Of a DNA stretch of 33,587 nucleotides, positions 28,385 to 33,587 are shown one piece after another. The stretch lies in sequence record SRR20825006_2254, one strand, 5' to 3'. The translations under genes and the position numbers were made by a program. Within the stretch, counting starts at the first letter, position 1; each line of letters starts with the position of its first letter. The notes under the pieces are model-generated. The model was given only the letters and a program-made list of their open reading frames with translations, had not been told where the DNA came from and ran no database searches.

Positions 28385-31066
28385 ATGCTGAAAGCGCATA
28401 ATCTGCGCGTCAACGCCCTTGCAGAACCATCCGGTCTGAATGGCGAACCGCCCCGGTTTTCCTGGATGCTTGACGGCAGTGCAGGCCGACAGGCTGCATT
28501 TCGGGTGGTTGCCAGTACGGATCGCAAGAAAGCCGAAAACGGAATTGGTGACCTTTGGGACAGTGGCAAACGTGAAGGCCAATGGCCGGGCGTGGCATGG
28601 GATGGCACACCGCCACCGTCAGATCTTTCGCTCTGGTGGTCCGTTTGTCTTTTTGATGAAAACGGCAAAACAGATGGGTTCTGCGAACCCGCACATTTCT
28701 TCACCGGGCTGCGCCCCGAAGACTGGTCGGCTGAATGGATCGCACGTTATTTCGTGCTTCCGGTCGGGCGTGAAGTGCCGCAGGGAAACCGCTATGACAA
28801 CCGCTATCAGGCACGTCCCGCAGATTATTTGCGCCGGGTTCTGAACCTGCAGGAAAAGCCAGTGCGTGTGCATGCCTATGTCTCTGCACTCGGGCTTTAC
28901 GAACTCTCGATCAACGGCAATCGCATTGGCGACTATGTGATGGCGCCGGGCTGGACCGACTACCATAAACGCGCGGAATATCAGAGTTTTGATGTCACCG
29001 AGGCATTTCAGCATGGTGACAACGTGATCGGTGTTATTCTCGGTGAGGGCTGGTACTCCGGTCGCATCGGCCACAATCAGCGCCGGGCAGGCAACCATTA
29101 TGGCGGACGCCCTGCATTGCTGTGCCAGTTTCGTCTCGAATATGCAGATGGCCGGATTGAAGAAATCACAAGCGATTCAAACTGGCAAACAACGCAAGGG
29201 CCGATCCTCTACAGCGATTTCCTGGCCGGTGAAGCCTATGACGCCCGCCTCGAAATAACCGGATGGGACAAACCTGGTTTTGATGCGTCAGACTGGCAAC
29301 CGGTGGAGGTGTTTACGCCGGACCCCGCAGCACCGCACCTTGATGCCCAACGTGTGCAGCCCGCCCGCGAAGTCGCCCGTTTTGATGGCCGTTTCCTGCA
29401 TGAGAAAGATGGTGCGCGCATCTATGATTTTTCGCAGAACCTCGCCGGTTATGCGGAACTTGAAGTTCAGGCACCAGCCGGCACGGTTTTCAGGCTGCGC
29501 TTTGCCGAGCGCCTGACAGATGACGGCGCACTTTACCTCGACAATATGCGCTATGCAGTCAACGAGGACATATATATCGCCAAAGGCGAAAATATAGAGG
29601 TATTCAAGCCGCGTTTCACGTTTCGCGGCTTTCAGTATGCCAGCCTGACAATAGAAGGCAAAGTCTCGGAAGAGCCGAAGCTGACGGCCATCGCTATTCA
29701 GACCGACACACCGGAATCCGGCACAATCGAAACCGGAAACGCACTCGTGAACCAGCTTTTATCCAACATCATGTGGGGGCAGCGCGGAAACTTTCTGTCC
29801 GTTCCGACAGACTGCCCGCAGCGCGATGAGCGATATGGCTGGACCGCTGATGCACAGGTGTTCTGGCGCACCGCCGGATATAACATGGATGTGGAGGCTT
29901 TTCTCAACAAGTGGATGGAAGACCTGATTGACGGTCAGTCGCCGGAAGGCGCATTCCCCGACGTAGCCCCCACCAAGCCGCTCAACCCTTACCGCCTGAC
30001 CCCGCAACCCGGAGCACCCGGCTGGGGCGATGGGCCGATTATCATGGTCTGGCAGCATTATTTGCGCTATGGCGATCATCACCTTTTATTGCGCACCTAT
30101 GAACATCTTGTCGCGTGGATGGACTATATCGAAGATGCCAATCCTGACGGCATACGCCGCAACCGCAACAACAACAACTACGGTGACTGGCTGAATGTCG
30201 GCCCCAAGACCGACCCCTTTCTTGTCGCAACGGCATACTGGATCCATATCGCCGACCTGATGACAGCAATCGCGCAGGCTATCGGGCGCAACCCGGCACG
30301 CTGGGAAAAACTCGCAGAGCGCAACCGGGCCGCCTTTTGCGACACTTTCTGCGAAGATGAAGGACGGCTTACAAGCGATACGCAGACGGCCTATCTTCTC
30401 GCACTGGATTTCAACATTCTGCCTGAAAACCTACGCTCATTGGCTGCAAACCATCTCGAACGCCTGTTTGAAGAGGCCGGATGGCACCTCCAAACCGGCT
30501 TTCTGGGTGTTCGCCATGTTTGCCCGGTGGTGGCTAATCATATTGGCGAAGAACAGGCCGTCGATCTTTTACTGAAAGAAAGCTACCCCTCCTGGGGGTT
30601 TTCGATCCGCCACGGTGCAACGACGATCTGGGAACGGTGGGATGGCTGGACACCGGAGAATGGTTTTCAAAGCCCGAACATGAACTCGTTCAATCACTAC
30701 GCTTATGGTTCTGTCGGTGAATGGATTTGGTCACGGTTGGCGGGCATAGACGGAGCAAAGTCCGGGCCCGGTTATCGCCACATCGTAATGAAACCTGTTT
30801 TTGACCGGCGTATTGGTTGTGTAAAAGCCAGCTACAGCGCCCGTACGGGAACCATTGAAAGCCATTGGTGGCTTGAGGGTGACAGCGGCCACTGGACGGT
30901 CACGGTTCCGCCCGGCAGCACAGCCGAGATCGAACTGCCAGCAAATGTCAGCACAGCCGCATTGAATGGAAAAGCAACACCGGACAGAAAGCTGCGGCTT
31001 GAGGCAGGAACGCACAGCTTCACGTTTTCACTTCGAAGCAATAACGAAATTCAGAAACGTTCCTAG
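28385..31066 (+). CDS. GH78 alpha-L-rhamnosidase, no signal peptide
   Basis: LWDSGK, SALGLYEL, PGWTDY, DFSQNLAG, PRFTFRGFQY, PTDCPQRDERYGWTAD, GATTIWERW, MNSFNHYAYG. ATG at 28385 with GGAGG RBS. Confidence 0.93.
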   Translation: MLKAHNLRVNALAEPSGLNGEPPRFSWMLDGSAGRQAAFRVVASTDRKKAENGIGDLWDSGKREGQWPGVAWDGTPPPSDLSLWWSVCLFDENGKTDGFCEPAHFFTGLRPEDWSAEWIARYFVLPVGREVPQGNRYDNRYQARPADYLRRVLNLQEKPVRVHAYVSALGLYELSINGNRIGDYVMAPGWTDYHKRAEYQSFDVTEAFQHGDNVIGVILGEGWYSGRIGHNQRRAGNHYGGRPALLCQFRLEYADGRIEEITSDSNWQTTQGPILYSDFLAGEAYDARLEITGWDKPGFDASDWQPVEVFTPDPAAPHLDAQRVQPAREVARFDGRFLHEKDGARIYDFSQNLAGYAELEVQAPAGTVFRLRFAERLTDDGALYLDNMRYAVNEDIYIAKGENIEVFKPRFTFRGFQYASLTIEGKVSEEPKLTAIAIQTDTPESGTIETGNALVNQLLSNIMWGQRGNFLSVPTDCPQRDERYGWTADAQVFWRTAGYNMDVEAFLNKWMEDLIDGQSPEGAFPDVAPTKPLNPYRLTPQPGAPGWGDGPIIMVWQHYLRYGDHHLLLRTYEHLVAWMDYIEDANPDGIRRNRNNNNYGDWLNVGPKTDPFLVATAYWIHIADLMTAIAQAIGRNPARWEKLAERNRAAFCDTFCEDEGRLTSDTQTAYLLALDFNILPENLRSLAANHLERLFEEAGWHLQTGFLGVRHVCPVVANHIGEEQAVDLLLKESYPSWGFSIRHGATTIWERWDGWTPENGFQSPNMNSFNHYAYGSVGEWIWSRLAGIDGAKSGPGYRHIVMKPVFDRRIGCVKASYSARTGTIESHWWLEGDSGHWTVTVPPGSTAEIELPANVSTAALNGKATPDRKLRLEAGTHSFTFSLRSNNEIQKRS

Positions 31067-31232
31067 TGGAATGAATTTGACATCTGAGTCCCGCTTCAGC
31101 GACCTCGTCCATCAAATGTCAAATTCTAAAATGCCACTAGAAAACCTATACTTGCTAGTGGTCCCTATGACCCCCAACATTTGCTGATGAGGCCGTAGCA
31201 AGGGGAACCAAATGTTGGAATCGGACCATTAG
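31063..31232. mobile_element. 170-bp bipartite palindromic MITE/RIME-like repeat element
   Basis: Unit A (31063-31140): CTAGTGG..GAATTTGACAT..ATGTCAAATTC..CCACTAG. 14-nt spacer. Unit B (31155-31232): CTAGTGGTCC..CCAACATTTG..CAAATGTTGG..GGACCATTAG. Confidence 0.7.
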
Positions 31233-31347
31233 AGTCATTTCAGAAAAGAGGAGCCCGGTTTTCACCCGGCGTCCTTTCAAAAAGCGGTAATATCTATAAT
31301 TCCGTGAAGAAAGGCAGGCGTTCTTCCGTCAGAATTTCAGCAGGTCA

Positions 31348-32841
31348 TCACCAGGATGCCTGCACATGAAACTGGCGATCGAAATGCCTCTTTTCATTGT
31401 GAGCTTGAAACAGCGTCTCTGCTTTATCGTCAGCATCGGCTTGTGCGAAGACGCTGCCGACGCCGAACAGGACCGGATTGTCATAGCCGATTTTAGCCAT
31501 GCCCCGGCCAAGGCTCGCGAGCGTGCCGTGCCAGCGCCGCTCGTCGGTACGGCTGATATTGGCGGCGATCAGGACCGGTGTTTCGGGCGCAAGGCCTTCG
31601 GCCATCAGCCTGTTGCTGATCTCGTCAGCCGTGCGCCCGCCCATGTAGAACATCGTCGTCGTCTTCGGATCGGCGATGGCGCGCCAATCGACATCGTCCG
31701 GCAACGCGCCTTGTTTCGAATGGCCGGTGACAAACCGCACAGACTGGGCGCAATCGCGGTGGGTGAGCGAGGTGGTGGTGCCGGCGGCCAGCGCGCTTGC
31801 AGCGGTTATACCGGGGATGACGGAGACTGGAACGCCCGCGTCACGCAAGACGGCAATCTCCTCGCCGGAACGCCCAAACACTGACGGATCGCCCGATTTC
31901 AGCCGCACGACGCGCTTTCCCGCCCGCGCCAGATCGAGCATCATCCGGTTGATGTCCTCCTGACGGCAGCTTTCCCCTCCGCCGCGTTTGCCAACCAATG
32001 TGCGTTTCGCCTCACGCCGTGCCAGCTCGAGAATTTCCTGAGAAATCAGGTTGTCGAACAGGATGACATCGGCAGATTGAAGCGCGCGCATGGCTTTCAG
32101 CGTCAGAAGTTCCGGGTCGCCCGGCCCTGCGCCGACCAGCGTAACGCTGCCGGTTTGCGGCGTCTCGGCGATACTCGCAGCCCGTGCGAGAAGCCTTTGC
32201 TCCGCGTCATCATCCGGGCCGGATCGTCCTGCAAAACTCAGATCGACAAAATGCTCCCAGAAAGCACGGCGTTCGCCGCCAAATTTCAGCCTGGCGCCGA
32301 TTTTACTGCGCATACCAGCAGCAAGCCCGGCCCATTCGGAAAGCGATCTCGGCAGAAGCGTTTCGACGCGCTGCCGGATGGCCTGGCCCAGAATGGGTGC
32401 CGCGCCATCAGTGGAAATCCCGACGACAACCGGCGAACGATTGACGATGGAGCCGAACTGGAAGCTGCAAAAGGCCGGCTTGTCGATGACGTTGAACGGC
32501 ACGCCTTCGGCTTTCGCGCGCGCGACGAAGGCTTCCGCCTCTTCCTCGCTGTCACAATCTGCCAGCGCCAGTTGCGCCTCACCCCAGCTTGCGGCGCGCC
32601 AGTGTGCGCCGGAAAGCCTGATCCTGCCATTTGCCTCCAGCGCCAGCATTTCCTCACATGCCGTCTCGACGTCCAGAAAGACCGTCACGTCGGCTCCGGC
32701 TGCGGCCAGAAGCTCCGCTTTCCATGCCGCCGCTTCACTTGCCCCGGCGACAAGCACCGGCTTTCCTTTGAGCCGGAAGAACAGCGGCAAGACGGCAAGG
32801 TCCTCCATGCGGGCGGGTGTTTTTGCGCGTCCGGTGGTCAT
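31348..32841 (-). CDS. cysG: Siroheme synthase
   Basis: LPLFFRLKGKPVLVAG, NVIDKP, ISTDGAAP; methylase domain LVGAGPGDPELLTLKA, RLKSGDP, FVTGH. Confidence 0.95.
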   Translation of the reverse strand: MTTGRAKTPARMEDLAVLPLFFRLKGKPVLVAGASEAAAWKAELLAAAGADVTVFLDVETACEEMLALEANGRIRLSGAHWRAASWGEAQLALADCDSEEEAEAFVARAKAEGVPFNVIDKPAFCSFQFGSIVNRSPVVVGISTDGAAPILGQAIRQRVETLLPRSLSEWAGLAAGMRSKIGARLKFGGERRAFWEHFVDLSFAGRSGPDDDAEQRLLARAASIAETPQTGSVTLVGAGPGDPELLTLKAMRALQSADVILFDNLISQEILELARREAKRTLVGKRGGGESCRQEDINRMMLDLARAGKRVVRLKSGDPSVFGRSGEEIAVLRDAGVPVSVIPGITAASALAAGTTTSLTHRDCAQSVRFVTGHSKQGALPDDVDWRAIADPKTTTMFYMGGRTADEISNRLMAEGLAPETPVLIAANISRTDERRWHGTLASLGRGMAKIGYDNPVLFGVGSVFAQADADDKAETLFQAHNEKRHFDRQFHVQASW

Positions 32842-32853
32842 GATCGGACTCCC

Positions 32854-33189
32854 CTATTCCGCAGCTACCGGCAGCGCCGCGAGCGCAATCAGAAGACGGC
32901 CATTGTCCACCGTCACCGGATAGGTCCGCACCGCACCCTCATCCGCTCCGAGTGCTGCACCGCTGTCCAGCGAGATCACGAAATTATGCAACGGGCAGGT
33001 TACCGCCTTGCCATGCACAATGCCCTCGGACAACGGTCCGCCCCTGTGCGGGCAACGATCATCCATGGCGAAGACCTCGTCCTGCGCCGTGCGAAACACC
33101 GCGATCCGCCCGAATTCTGTCGTCACACAGCGCGCGCCGCGTTGCGGGATGTCATCGATATGCCCGATGGCAACAAGATCATGGTTCAT
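32854..33189 (-). CDS. nirD: Nitrite reductase small (Rieske-type) subunit
   Basis: IAVFRT, DRCPHRGGPLSEG, VTCPLHN; follows nirB. Confidence 0.95.
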   Translation of the reverse strand: MNHDLVAIGHIDDIPQRGARCVTTEFGRIAVFRTAQDEVFAMDDRCPHRGGPLSEGIVHGKAVTCPLHNFVISLDSGAALGADEGAVRTYPVTVDNGRLLIALAALPVAAE

Positions 33190-33199
33190 GACGCGCTCC

Positions 33200-33587
33200 T
33201 CACTCAGCCGCTTCCCGATGCCCGACAACGGCCATCGGTTTGAATTCATGCTTGTCCTTGCCGGAAACGCGCTCCGACCAGGGGTCGACCTGCGCATATT
33301 TCTGGCTTTCGACGAAACGATCGAAATAGGCCTTGCGCTTTTCCGCATCCTCCATGATCTGGGCGCGGACCTCGTCGTAGCCGATGCGTTTGGCCCATTT
33401 GTAGATGCGCTCCAGATAACGCGCCTGTTCGCGATACATCTGGGTCAGCGCCACGATATGCTCGAGCGCCGCGTCTTCGGTCTCGACCATGCCGAGCACC
33501 TCCGTGCCGCGGATTTCCAGTCCTGCGGCGCCTGCGAAATGGATTTCGAAGCCTGAGTCGACGCAGATCACGCCGATATCCTTGCAG
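33200..33587 (-). CDS. nirB: NAD(P)H nitrite reductase large subunit, C-terminal part (truncated by window)
   Basis: CKDIGVICVDSGFEIHFAGAAG...YREQARYLERIYKW...QVDPWSERV. Confidence 0.93.
   Translation of the reverse strand, partial: CKDIGVICVDSGFEIHFAGAAGLEIRGTEVLGMVETEDAALEHIVALTQMYREQARYLERIYKWAKRIGYDEVRAQIMEDAEKRKAYFDRFVESQKYAQVDPWSERVSGKDKHEFKPMAVVGHREAAE

Noticed and set aside
31063-31232. CRISPR-like array
   Set aside because: Only two imperfect inverted-repeat units, no repeat-spacer periodicity and no cas genes.

Overview
Alphaproteobacterial (Rhizobiales/Hyphomicrobiales-like) chromosomal window. Left end: start of the cytochrome bc1 operon (petA, partial petB) and two tandem paralogous ABC exporters. 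These are preceded by an unannotated 18-codon leader ORF (MIDISTTAMLRVPPYRLV) with a strong RBS and attenuator-like hairpins. The central ~26 kb is a mosaic of catabolic modules: (1) an AfuABC/FbpABC-type ABC importer with a beta-CASP-like metallo-hydrolase, a CX5R phosphatase and a LacI regulator, behind a Pho-box-like repeat array and a perfect 16-bp palindrome; (2) FadR, RraA-like aldolase, TctCBA, an SDR and an FAH-family hydratase; (3) LacI, FGGY pentulose kinase, L-fucose/D-arabinose isomerase-like protein, TRAP transporter, a non-DapA class I aldolase, GntR and a cytoplasmic GH78 rhamnosidase. By inference, module 3 forms a complete candidate route for uptake and catabolism of Kdo or Rha-Kdo via D-arabinose and D-ribulose. 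A 170-bp bipartite palindromic MITE/RIME-like element follows, then cysG, nirD and partial nirB with no nitrate reductase gene between nirD and cysG. All product calls come from motif recognition; no database searches were run.
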